Source: a virus
Length of the DNA stretch: 36,836 nt
Reading direction: 5' to 3' (one strand)
Virus record (IMG/VR): IMGVR_UViG_3300027861_000007
Coordinates: 1 to 36,836 of that record
This document shows positions 22,069 through 30,627 of this stretch, piece after piece. Within the stretch, counting starts at the first letter, position 1; each line of letters opens with the position of its first letter. Position numbers and translations under genes: made by a program. Under the pieces are notes generated by a model, which saw only the letters and a list, made by a program, of their open reading frames with translations, did no database searches and was not told where the DNA came from.

Positions 22069-23436
22069 TTATAAGTTAATTTTTCTAAAGGCTTGATCTG
22101 ATAACCACTTTACTTGTGTTTCAGTAAGCTCATTCATGGTGACGAAAGGATATTTTATATCTCCAATCATAGGAGTGCTGGCGAAAGTTGTTGCCCTTAT
22201 GCCAATAGCGGCTGCATTAGAGCTATTCGTCAGCCCTGCATCCCAACTAACCAGTGAAGAGCCTTGCAACACGCCATTTATATAAACCTTGTCCCCTGCA
22301 GCCGTATCAGAGCCATCATAGGTACAACAGATGTGAGCCCATTGCCCCACAGGCAAAACTCCATCAGAAAAATTATACTTATGATAATCATTTGCACTAT
22401 CAGTAAACTGAAGCCCCACCGTCCCATCTGCAAGGATCGTTACCAACCAATTAAGATCATTTTCTATAACAGTTAGATTCGTCCCCAATTCATCCACCTT
22501 AACAAGCGCTCCAACAGATATAACTTCCGACACATCATTTAATCCCAGCGGGGTATATGCATTTATTTTAATATATTCGGTCCCTGTAAAACTTGCACCA
22601 TTACCTTCAAGTAATTCAGGAAAAGTTGCTGGCGTTGTCCCATCACCCCACAAAAACTGATCGGAATTTATCAACCCCAAGTTTGGAGTAACGTCTTTCG
22701 TGACTCCTGGATCATAATAGCGAGTTTTTAAATCCAACCATATTTCTGAATTTTCAGGAGTAGGTTCTTTGAAAGTTAGTTGTGAAAACCTGTCAGACAC
22801 CTCACCCTCGGTAAGCTCTTTATCATAAATACTAACCCCTCTAAAAAGTCCATTTGCATAAGAAGCTGAATATCTCCCAATCCAAACATCATGCTCTTGT
22901 TTCTCCATTGCCACATAACTTCCCTGATTTGCCCCTACACTAACATCATCAACCTGAACTCCATTAAGGTAGATCTTTAACCCAGCCTCTGTTGACGAAC
23001 CATCATAAGTGGCTACAAGATGAATCATTTGGCCTTCATAGGAGGTAATGGCTGTGTTGTAAGCCCTTCCTATCCGACAATCAGCTACGCTTTCATCATG
23101 GCATTGGATATAGACCTTGTCCGTAGTTGCTACATAAAACAACCACTCTGCATCAACATTATTTACCCCCTTTGAAGCGATTGTGAAAGAGGTAGCATCT
23201 GTCATCATGCCGAAAAACTCTATCGAAAACGGACTATCCGTTATTCCATCCCCAAAACTATACTTATATTCATCCGCTGGTGTCGCATATTGAGAAGTTC
23301 CATTTAATGTCATCCCATTATCAACAACAGGCACATTTGTTAAAACAACTCCATTATCAGTAACATACTGATTATTTATAAACTGTTCTCGGAAGACAAC
23401 CCCCTCCGCTCCAATTTTTGGATACTTTAGTCCCAT
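22069..23436 (-). CDS. Double LamG (Laminin_G_3-like) lectin-fold structural protein (455 aa)
   Basis: There are two repeats of the pattern LNGTSQYA...FSIEFF...IHLVATYDGS...LKIYLNGV...IGR...F.G.I.... Confidence 0.55.
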   Translation of the reverse strand: MGLKYPKIGAEGVVFREQFINNQYVTDNGVVLTNVPVVDNGMTLNGTSQYATPADEYKYSFGDGITDSPFSIEFFGMMTDATSFTIASKGVNNVDAEWLFYVATTDKVYIQCHDESVADCRIGRAYNTAITSYEGQMIHLVATYDGSSTEAGLKIYLNGVQVDDVSVGANQGSYVAMEKQEHDVWIGRYSASYANGLFRGVSIYDKELTEGEVSDRFSQLTFKEPTPENSEIWLDLKTRYYDPGVTKDVTPNLGLINSDQFLWGDGTTPATFPELLEGNGASFTGTEYIKINAYTPLGLNDVSEVISVGALVKVDELGTNLTVIENDLNWLVTILADGTVGLQFTDSANDYHKYNFSDGVLPVGQWAHICCTYDGSDTAAGDKVYINGVLQGSSLVSWDAGLTNSSNAAAIGIRATTFASTPMIGDIKYPFVTMNELTETQVKWLSDQAFRKINL

Positions 23437-23448
23437 AATTTAATTTGG

Positions 23449-23745
23449 TTATTCAGCTTCTACTGGCTCGATTGCCTCAACAACAACTGGTTCTTGATAA
23501 TTTTTATACCCCTTTATTTCGTTATAAAGTTGTACAACCTGCTCTCTGTAAAGACCCTCCTCTTCTGCGATCTTCGAGATGTCTTTTTTAGGTGCAAATA
23601 GTTTCGCATAAACAGCTTCAACCTTCGCTTTGGTCATAACAGGCTTTTTAGGCTGTAAAACCTCAACAGGGGCTAAATCTGCATCAATCTTTGCTTGTTC
23701 TATGTGCTTGCTTAACACAGGACATAGCTTTGTGTAATCTTTCAT
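23449..23745 (-). CDS. Hypothetical protein (98 aa)
   Basis: ORF with leader TTAACCttgtaaaattATG. Confidence 0.6.
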   Translation of the reverse strand: MKDYTKLCPVLSKHIEQAKIDADLAPVEVLQPKKPVMTKAKVEAVYAKLFAPKKDISKIAEEEGLYREQVVQLYNEIKGYKNYQEPVVVEAIEPVEAE

Positions 23746-23765
23746 AATTTTACAAGGTTAATAAA

Positions 23766-24344
23766 TTAAACTGCTTCTAGCTCTCCACCATCAAGCCCTC
23801 TCCACTCTATACGCACGGTTATTTGAGCATTTATAGGCGCATCGGTAGTTGAATAGGTGAATCTAATGTAAGTATTGGCTCCAGTCTTTTGAACTGCCAT
23901 AAAGCCATTGAAAGGAGTCGACCCTTCATATGTTTGCTCTACAAGTGCGCCATTAGTAGCATCCGCTACCTCAAAAACATTTGCTGCTAGTCCTGATTTA
24001 AAGATACAAGACCCCACCGCAACTCCGCTCAATACTCCCGTTGCTGCTGAAATCTGTACCGCACTGGTGCTATCATATAAATCAAAAGACGCTGCCGTGC
24101 AATTTGCCAGCGTGGTTGCGTCCGTTACCTCTCCATAAAGTCTAAAAATCTCCACACAACCAGTTATCTGAAATATATTTTCACTGGCTGTTGTATTGTT
24201 CGCACTTAAAGTTATCACCTTCTCCGTTAGGTGTCCCGAATTTCTGTGTAAGTAATCATGTACGGAATCAGACTGTTCCAAGGTTTCATCTATAGACTCA
24301 TTCATCGCTGCAACCGTTGCTCCTGTACTTCCTGTAATTGGCAT
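23766..24344 (-). CDS. Structural-module protein (192 aa), paralogue of 24363..24923
   Basis: Both proteins share IFQITGCVEIFRLYGEVT versus LFTVSGVVEIIQIFGFVT, and a C-terminal I.V.IEWR.....G versus ISWIVLWRP...GG. Confidence 0.6.
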   Translation of the reverse strand: MPITGSTGATVAAMNESIDETLEQSDSVHDYLHRNSGHLTEKVITLSANNTTASENIFQITGCVEIFRLYGEVTDATTLANCTAASFDLYDSTSAVQISAATGVLSGVAVGSCIFKSGLAANVFEVADATNGALVEQTYEGSTPFNGFMAVQKTGANTYIRFTYSTTDAPINAQITVRIEWRGLDGGELEAV

Positions 24345-24362
24345 ATTATATTAGGTTAAAAA

Positions 24363-24923
24363 TTAAGCTGCTGTTATCGTCCCTCCTGGTGCCGCTGGCC
24401 TCCATAAAACTATCCAACTAATCTCTCCAGTAGAACTTGCCGAACAACTCATATCTATTGTTCCGCCTCCTACTAAAACTGGATTCCCTTGCCCCTCCCA
24501 AGCTGCTCCTGTTGAAGAAACCATTGGATTGGCAAAAGTCCCAGTAATAGAATACTGTTGTCCTGGTCCAGCATTATCTATATCAATAGTTGAACACAGA
24601 TCTATATCTGGCCCTCCCGATGGATTTGCCACCAGTTTAGTGTTGTTTGGTTGATTTTGAATTTGAGTTGTTACAAACCCAAAAATCTGGATTATCTCTA
24701 CAACCCCTGACACAGTAAACAATGACAGAAGGCCCGACTGTGCAATAGCACCAGGATCCCTACTTAATACATTGGCATTCGAGCCCAATAAAAGTGCTTG
24801 CAACACCGAATACACCGAATCACCCGCTGGTGTGTCTGTTTTATTCCCTACAACATCGCTAGATAATACATTGGAAGCACTATCTGCTGTTGGGACATAT
24901 TTTTGTCCTGTTCTTTTAGGCAT
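24363..24923 (-). CDS. Structural-module protein (186 aa), paralogue of 23766..24344
   Basis: See 23766..24344. Confidence 0.6.
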   Translation of the reverse strand: MPKRTGQKYVPTADSASNVLSSDVVGNKTDTPAGDSVYSVLQALLLGSNANVLSRDPGAIAQSGLLSLFTVSGVVEIIQIFGFVTTQIQNQPNNTKLVANPSGGPDIDLCSTIDIDNAGPGQQYSITGTFANPMVSSTGAAWEGQGNPVLVGGGTIDMSCSASSTGEISWIVLWRPAAPGGTITAA

Positions 24924-24941
24924 AATTTAATTGGTTATATG

Positions 24942-26456
24942 TTAGTAAAGTTTCTTGGTATATACTGTGAAGTCAGCATCATTATTCCCTCCCGCTGTAG
25001 TTATTGTTAGCTTTACATATTTAGCCACAACACCATCTTGTGTCATAAGGAAATCGTCTGCTGTCCAACTCGCCACTCCAAACCAATCTAACCCTATATC
25101 TTCCCATTCAGTAATACTCACAGGAGCTGTTCCATCATCTCTTAAAGTTACATCAGCCGTTACAGTAAAGGTATCTGCTCCAGCATCTTTGATAAACTGG
25201 AAAGCACAATTTCTTGCACCATCCATGTCAAGATATATCTCTGCTGGTGAAGCATTGGCCACATTAGTCAAAACACTCTTCCCTTCAACATGCTTTTCTG
25301 AAACTGGACTCACTTCATAAACCTTTTGTGAATCTGTCCCTGAATCATAACCATCAGTTTGAACCAGCAGATGTCTATCAATTGCCATTGCTAACACCCC
25401 AGTTTCACCATCAGCTACATCATCTCCTGCTGCTGTATATTGACCGAATACTGGTTGTCCTGAACTAGTCCCTAAAGTAAACGCAGACTCGTCTACAAAT
25501 ACAGAAGGCTCTAATCCATCAACAGCTTCTCCAATAAATCTCAATTGAGCATGTACCCCTCCATCAACAAGTGATGCAGCACCTACGGCTCCAAATTGAG
25601 TGTCATCTGTCGCTAAAGTTACAGGCACAGAAGCCGCCATAGCAGCGGTTCCTAAAGCGGGCATCTTCGCATCCATCGAAGTCGTGTCCCCGGCTATAGT
25701 AGTCGTATCCCCAAATATTGATACTTGAGTCGCTTCTGTAAGAACATCTCCAGCAGCATCTACATGTTGTACAACCAAGACATGATCCGTAGCCGCTCTC
25801 GCTACATTTGCATCTCCAATCAAAGCCCTATCGTCTGTTGATTCATTTTTAAGCTCTACGGCTCCAATCTCTATATCAGCCTCACTTAATTCAACATTGA
25901 TCAAATTAGCAGGATTGAATATATCTGCTTCTGAAACTTCTATACCTACTATATCGAAATTGTCAGCATTTGTATTATGGATGTAAAGGTTCATTGGGAA
26001 AATAGGCCTGTTATCAGCCCTTTCATGTGTCGCTTTCACATCTCCAGCAACTAGAAATTGGACATAATTCTCTCTCCAAACTATCTCATAAAGAACATCT
26101 GCGGTATGCCAAGTAGCATCCCAAACAATAGTTGTCGAAGTAGAATTCCCATCCTTATCTATAGTTACAGCCTTGAAAACCGTCCCCGCTATTTCAAATC
26201 TAGCAGTCTCTCCTAGAGCTGCATTTTCAAGCCCCCACTCACGAGCATCGCCTCCTGTTGGTGCAGTAGGCACATTTACAGTCATTCTATACCCTCCAAA
26301 CCTAAATGTCCGATACGCTTTCAATTCAGCAGCACTTATCCTTATATTACTACCCGCTATAGCAGGAGTTCCAGATACTACTTTCCAAAAGCTATCATCT
26401 ATCCCATACAAGGCAGGATCGAATGAAAGACTGTTTAATAATTGATTTCTAGCCAT
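24942..26456 (-). CDS. Large structural-module protein (504 aa), function unknown
   Basis: Long ORF in the late operon. The composition is beta-rich and no motif is recognised. Confidence 0.65.
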   Translation of the reverse strand: MARNQLLNSLSFDPALYGIDDSFWKVVSGTPAIAGSNIRISAAELKAYRTFRFGGYRMTVNVPTAPTGGDAREWGLENAALGETARFEIAGTVFKAVTIDKDGNSTSTTIVWDATWHTADVLYEIVWRENYVQFLVAGDVKATHERADNRPIFPMNLYIHNTNADNFDIVGIEVSEADIFNPANLINVELSEADIEIGAVELKNESTDDRALIGDANVARAATDHVLVVQHVDAAGDVLTEATQVSIFGDTTTIAGDTTSMDAKMPALGTAAMAASVPVTLATDDTQFGAVGAASLVDGGVHAQLRFIGEAVDGLEPSVFVDESAFTLGTSSGQPVFGQYTAAGDDVADGETGVLAMAIDRHLLVQTDGYDSGTDSQKVYEVSPVSEKHVEGKSVLTNVANASPAEIYLDMDGARNCAFQFIKDAGADTFTVTADVTLRDDGTAPVSITEWEDIGLDWFGVASWTADDFLMTQDGVVAKYVKLTITTAGGNNDADFTVYTKKLY

Positions 26457-26467
26457 GATTTACTTTG

Positions 26468-26665
26468 TTATATGATAAATTTTTTATCTTTAAATAATTT
26501 TGCTATATCAGGAGCTACTTCATACTTCTCCCCTTTAAGATAGGCCTTTCCACATTTAACATTCCGTACCATCTTAACTTCAACCTTTTCGGCTGCTTTT
26601 TTTACAGGATCCTTACCTTCAATTTTTGTTTTTTTAGCCTTTACTGGCTTTTTTGCAGTTGCCAT
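26468..26665 (-). CDS. Hypothetical Lys-rich protein (65 aa)
   Basis: ORF with leader TTAACCattatattATG. Confidence 0.55.
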   Translation of the reverse strand: MATAKKPVKAKKTKIEGKDPVKKAAEKVEVKMVRNVKCGKAYLKGEKYEVAPDIAKLFKDKKFII

Positions 26666-26727
26666 AATATAATGGTTAATTTTTTAAATCTCTCGGAGGA
26701 AGGCTCGAAAGCCCTCCATCCCAAAGA

Positions 26728-26973
26728 TCATTTCTTTGGAGCCTTTTTTGGCTTTATAATCTTGCCCTGCTCCTTCAATGGGTCAACACCCAAGGTTTCA
26801 CAGACAGAATCAAAGCTTCCATTGAGCTGATGTCGCCTAACTGAAATCTCATTAAGCCGCTGTTGCATAAGTTTGCTTTTAGCTATCAAGGCTTTTTCTT
26901 CCTCGAACAGCACTGTAGCTTCCTTTTCAATTGCGACTTTTTGACCTTCCAATTTTGCTTTTAGATCAGTCAT
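26728..26973 (-). CDS. Hypothetical coiled-coil protein (81 aa)
   Basis: ORF with leader TTAACCtataagacATG. Confidence 0.55.
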   Translation of the reverse strand: MTDLKAKLEGQKVAIEKEATVLFEEEKALIAKSKLMQQRLNEISVRRHQLNGSFDSVCETLGVDPLKEQGKIIKPKKAPKK

Positions 26974-26998
26974 GTCTTATAGGTTAAGAAATAAATGT

Positions 26999-28477
26999 TT
27001 AGTCAACTCTTACACAAGAAATGTACACAATTGATGTATCCGCAGCATTACTGTTAATGAGCCTTAAAGATCCACTAGCAGCAATATCATGAGTCACATC
27101 ATCCACACTGTCAGCCCTTGATATAAGGGTGTCAGAAGCAGCATAAGCTACCGTAGAGGTAACATCAGCAGCCCCATTGTCAATCTTCCAGTTACCTGCA
27201 TTTCCTGCCTGTGTATCAATTCCCCATGCATCCAATACCCTGAATTTAAAAGGTGCATCAGCATTAAAGATACTTACAGTCGCAGAACCAGCATTTGGTA
27301 CTGTTAGAATAAACGGAATTCCATATGTTCCAGCAGTTGCAGCAATAGGATCTAACTCCTCACCATTTACATTTGTAAGAGTATTAGTCGCTGCATCAAT
27401 TGACTTATTAGTCATTGTTACAGTTCCAGCATCCACATAAGCCTTGATTGATTGCTGTGTAGCAACTTGAGTTGCCGAATCAGTAGCCATGTTATCTTCA
27501 TCTAGTACCGCAGTTCCACTCACCCCTGTATTCAATACAGCACTTGTGAGAGTCTTATTGGTCATTGTTTGAGCAGCATCTAGCCAAGCGAACACATCAG
27601 CCCCGCCTGGATCTGAAATTGAAATTGCTCTCGCTCCTGCTGGATCATCCCATGTAAGAGTATAATCAGCAGTAGTTTGATCAAGAGTTACTTGAGTACC
27701 TAGAATTGGACTTGTTAGAGTCTTCGCAGCCAATGTTTGAGCAAGTGTGGTAAATACATAAGTATCATCTACATTTGCAAAATCAGGAATTGTAAGCTCT
27801 GGTGATCCAACCGTTTGAGTTGTTACCGCATGCACAATATCATTTGCACCAGCTTCAATTTGATAAGTTTGAGTAACTTTTGAAGCAATTCCAGTAGGTA
27901 GAGTTGTTGGGTCAGCCCAGACTGGATCTGCTGCTGCACCTTGTGTTTGCAAAATATACCCATTTGTCCCAGCAGCTAGTGGCACCCAGTTAGCACCATC
28001 GAAGTAAAGAATATCTCCTTGTGCTTCTCCAGCCATTGTTAGATCAGTTACTGTGAACGCTCCGAGTAAATCCATAGCAGCATCTCCACTTGGAGTTACT
28101 AATTCAATAGCAGTTCCACCAGTGTTTACTTTACAGATCTTATCTCCTTGTCCAACTAGAGTTGCAGCAGTATCAGTTAACTGAATCCATGCCGTAGCAC
28201 CTCCACCTGATCCGATAGCATCGAAGTCAGCAGCCGTAATTGTTCCTACGTTCTCATAAATACCAGTTGAACCTGCTCCAATGTCGGTATCAATAAAGAA
28301 ACAACCTTTTGCGAACCCAGCTTCTCCATCCCCTGGTACAGTCAGTCCAGTAGCCTTCAAGATCATTCCACTCCGATCTTTTTCGAGTACTGTTACTGCT
28401 GTTGTATCTGGAGTCTCCAGATTTCCCAGCGGCTGAAAGCTAGTTGCAATGACTTTTGTTCTAAATCTTTTAGCCAT
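26999..28477 (-). CDS. Fibre-like structural protein (492 aa), candidate head fibre
   Basis: It lies directly after the MCP gene. It carries TLTS/TNK(T/S)(L/I) repeats (AKTLTSPILG, TMTNKTLTSAVLN, TMTNKSIDAATN), GDILYFDGANWVPLAAGTNGYILQT, and LDEDNMATDSATQVATQQSIKAYVD motifs typical of phage fibres. Confidence 0.45.
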   Translation of the reverse strand: MAKRFRTKVIATSFQPLGNLETPDTTAVTVLEKDRSGMILKATGLTVPGDGEAGFAKGCFFIDTDIGAGSTGIYENVGTITAADFDAIGSGGGATAWIQLTDTAATLVGQGDKICKVNTGGTAIELVTPSGDAAMDLLGAFTVTDLTMAGEAQGDILYFDGANWVPLAAGTNGYILQTQGAAADPVWADPTTLPTGIASKVTQTYQIEAGANDIVHAVTTQTVGSPELTIPDFANVDDTYVFTTLAQTLAAKTLTSPILGTQVTLDQTTADYTLTWDDPAGARAISISDPGGADVFAWLDAAQTMTNKTLTSAVLNTGVSGTAVLDEDNMATDSATQVATQQSIKAYVDAGTVTMTNKSIDAATNTLTNVNGEELDPIAATAGTYGIPFILTVPNAGSATVSIFNADAPFKFRVLDAWGIDTQAGNAGNWKIDNGAADVTSTVAYAASDTLISRADSVDDVTHDIAASGSLRLINSNAADTSIVYISCVRVD

Positions 28478-28505
28478 ATTAGTGTGTTTTTATAAAATAA
28501 TGCTT

Positions 28506-28533
28506 GGGGTGTTAGATTTATGGGCAACACCCC
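28506..28533 (-). terminator. 8-bp GC-rich hairpin after the major capsid gene (attenuator/terminator-like)
   Basis: Minus strand: GGGGTGTT-N12-AACACCCC, starting 28 nt after the MCP stop and followed by aagcATTATTTTA. Confidence 0.45.
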
Positions 28534-28560
28534 GAAATCCCTATATGTGAGGTTTAAGCA

Positions 28561-29499
28561 TTAAGCAATTGCATCTTCGATCAAGTATGCAAGATTTACA
28601 TCCATTACATTTTGATCAAAACTTTTTCGGACTCTTACTACATCTGAAACATAAGGCTCATCTCTGTAAGTTTCTACTTTCGCTGGTACATCTGTGAATG
28701 TATATCCAAACGTAGCTCCCATTAGAGTTGGTCTTTCTGTTTTGTGAAGTAGCCAGAAGTCTTTAGTCCAGATAGACGCAAGACTTGCAGCTTGTCCTTC
28801 ATCAGCAGAATCATAGATTGAGTTCCCTACAAGCACCTCATTAAGATTGAAGAACTCTTTTAGGAAAGAACCTAGATCCGCATCGCTCAATTTAGCATTT
28901 CCAGTATATCGGACTTGTTCACGAATTTCTGGATGATACTTTAGTTTAAGCATTACATCCAACCCCATAACCGCAGTATTTGGTCTTTTACCAGTCAACG
29001 CTTGAACAGCCGTAAGTCCTGTTTCAATGTCATCTAACGGATTTGAGTTGTCATAATCACTCCATTGACTAATTCCAGCAAGTGTTGTGTTGTTAGTCAG
29101 TTTAGAGTTGTCAGCCATATAAGCTTGCAACGCTTTTTCTTGGTTGATCGAAATATTATCCATTAGAGTTGCAACAGCATCTCTTTTTGGATCATAAGGA
29201 TCATCAGTGTTATTTACAAACTCATCTGGTACTTTCTTTTCCAATGCCCTTTCTTGACAAGTGTAAGAACCTTGAGAAACGCTGTAATCAACGCTATTAG
29301 CACGAGTTCCTGGCGCTCTAACTATTTGGTCAGAGTAGACTCGTAGATTTTCTGTTCCATATTTCGCATACTTCCCTGTTTTTTCCTTGACTTTCATCAT
29401 AGGCAGGATCATCTCCGAAATGTAGGAATCGTTTGTATACTTCTGTGAAAACTGTGACAACAGTTTATCCACTTTAGCATCTCCTATATTTGGTAGCAT
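28561..29499 (-). CDS. Major capsid protein (HK97-fold, lambda gpE / Mu gpT-like)
   Basis: A 312-aa ORF after the protease and decoration genes. The N-terminal pattern ...ILPMMKVKEKTGKYAKYG...RAPG... is typical of the capsid-E family. Confidence 0.75.
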   Translation of the reverse strand: MLPNIGDAKVDKLLSQFSQKYTNDSYISEMILPMMKVKEKTGKYAKYGTENLRVYSDQIVRAPGTRANSVDYSVSQGSYTCQERALEKKVPDEFVNNTDDPYDPKRDAVATLMDNISINQEKALQAYMADNSKLTNNTTLAGISQWSDYDNSNPLDDIETGLTAVQALTGKRPNTAVMGLDVMLKLKYHPEIREQVRYTGNAKLSDADLGSFLKEFFNLNEVLVGNSIYDSADEGQAASLASIWTKDFWLLHKTERPTLMGATFGYTFTDVPAKVETYRDEPYVSDVVRVRKSFDQNVMDVNLAYLIEDAIA

Positions 29500-29527
29500 A
29501 TTGTGTAATTGTTAGAAAATAATAATA

Positions 29528-29932
29528 TTATGCATCTGAAGCTTCCACTTCTCCACGCATGATTGTAACCGCAGCCAAATCTCCCGACCCAGCAGCAGTA
29601 AGTGCAACAGCACCATATTCTTCACCAGCAGCATCACAAATCTCCGCTGCCCCAGCGGCAGTTGAAGTAAGGAAGTTTCCTTGAGCGATTGTCTCTGTCT
29701 GGATAAGTTTCGAGTTACCGAAAGTCCTAACAATAGCTCCTGTTTGAGCAGATGATCCATCAGGTGCATTTTGCAGAATTCCGAGCATTTTTTCATTAGC
29801 ACCACAAGCAACAACCAATCCACTAGAAAGTTTTACAAAGTAGTATTGCTTTCCAGATAGGTCTGTTTCAGTTGGGAAAGTTAGATCTCCCTCTGAATTC
29901 TCTGGTACTAAAGTTCTATCAGCGATAGCCAT
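29528..29932 (-). CDS. DUF2190-like head decoration/cement protein
   Basis: A 134-aa Gly/Ala-rich ORF between the protease-scaffold gene and the MCP gene. KQYYFVKLSSGLVVACGANEKMLGILQNAP...G resembles the DUF2190 core. Confidence 0.55.
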   Translation of the reverse strand: MAIADRTLVPENSEGDLTFPTETDLSGKQYYFVKLSSGLVVACGANEKMLGILQNAPDGSSAQTGAIVRTFGNSKLIQTETIAQGNFLTSTAAGAAEICDAAGEEYGAVALTAAGSGDLAAVTIMRGEVEASDA

Positions 29933-29955
29933 AGTATTTCTTTGTTATAAAATAA

Positions 29956-30627
29956 TTATTTAGACAATAGTTGAGCGATAGCCATTTTCTGCGCTTGCTC
30001 AATATCATCAGTCTTTCCTTCTTCAAGCAACTTGTCAGCAAGAGAAACCACCTCATCGGCAGTAAACTTGCTTGTAGATGCAGAAGTAGAACCAATAGTT
30101 GACAGATCTACTGTTCGGACTTTACCGATCAACCCTTTAAAGGCTGTTCTTTGTTCCTCTGATAGACCAATCATAAAATTAACGACTTCTTCGACGTTGT
30201 CATCGAGAAAGCCAACCGAATTAGCTTCTGAAAGCACGAGGGAATCTTCCACATCTTCTGAAAGATCTTTAACATCAAGCTTTCCTTGGAGTCCTTTTAG
30301 TTCCTCCTCAAGCTTCTGATATTCTGATAGTGCTACAGTTTCCACTTTTTCCTCTAGCTCTTCCTTTGCTTCTTCCTCAACAACCTCCTCTTTTTCTTCC
30401 TCTTTTTCCTCTTCTTTCTCCTCTTCTTTCACTTCCTCCTCTTCTAATTCTGCCTCTTCTTCCGCTTCTACCTCTTCAACCTTTTCTTCTTCCTCAACTT
30501 TTTCTTCTTCCTTTTCCTCAACGACCTCTTCAACAGCTTCTTCCTCAACTGCTTCTTTTTCTTCCACTACCTCTTCGGCAGCTTCTTCTTTTACTTCTTC
30601 TTCAAGAAGTTCCTTTTTCTTTGGCAT
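29956..30627 (-). CDS. Probable nested in-frame scaffold protein (223 aa, internal ATG 30627)
   Basis: The internal Met (MPKKKELLEEE...) sits exactly at the protease/scaffold boundary. It is preceded by ATAACCaagaaactATG, the same box and spacing used by independent genes. Confidence 0.45.
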   Translation of the reverse strand: MPKKKELLEEEVKEEAAEEVVEEKEAVEEEAVEEVVEEKEEEKVEEEEKVEEVEAEEEAELEEEEVKEEEKEEEKEEEKEEVVEEEAKEELEEKVETVALSEYQKLEEELKGLQGKLDVKDLSEDVEDSLVLSEANSVGFLDDNVEEVVNFMIGLSEEQRTAFKGLIGKVRTVDLSTIGSTSASTSKFTADEVVSLADKLLEEGKTDDIEQAQKMAIAQLLSK

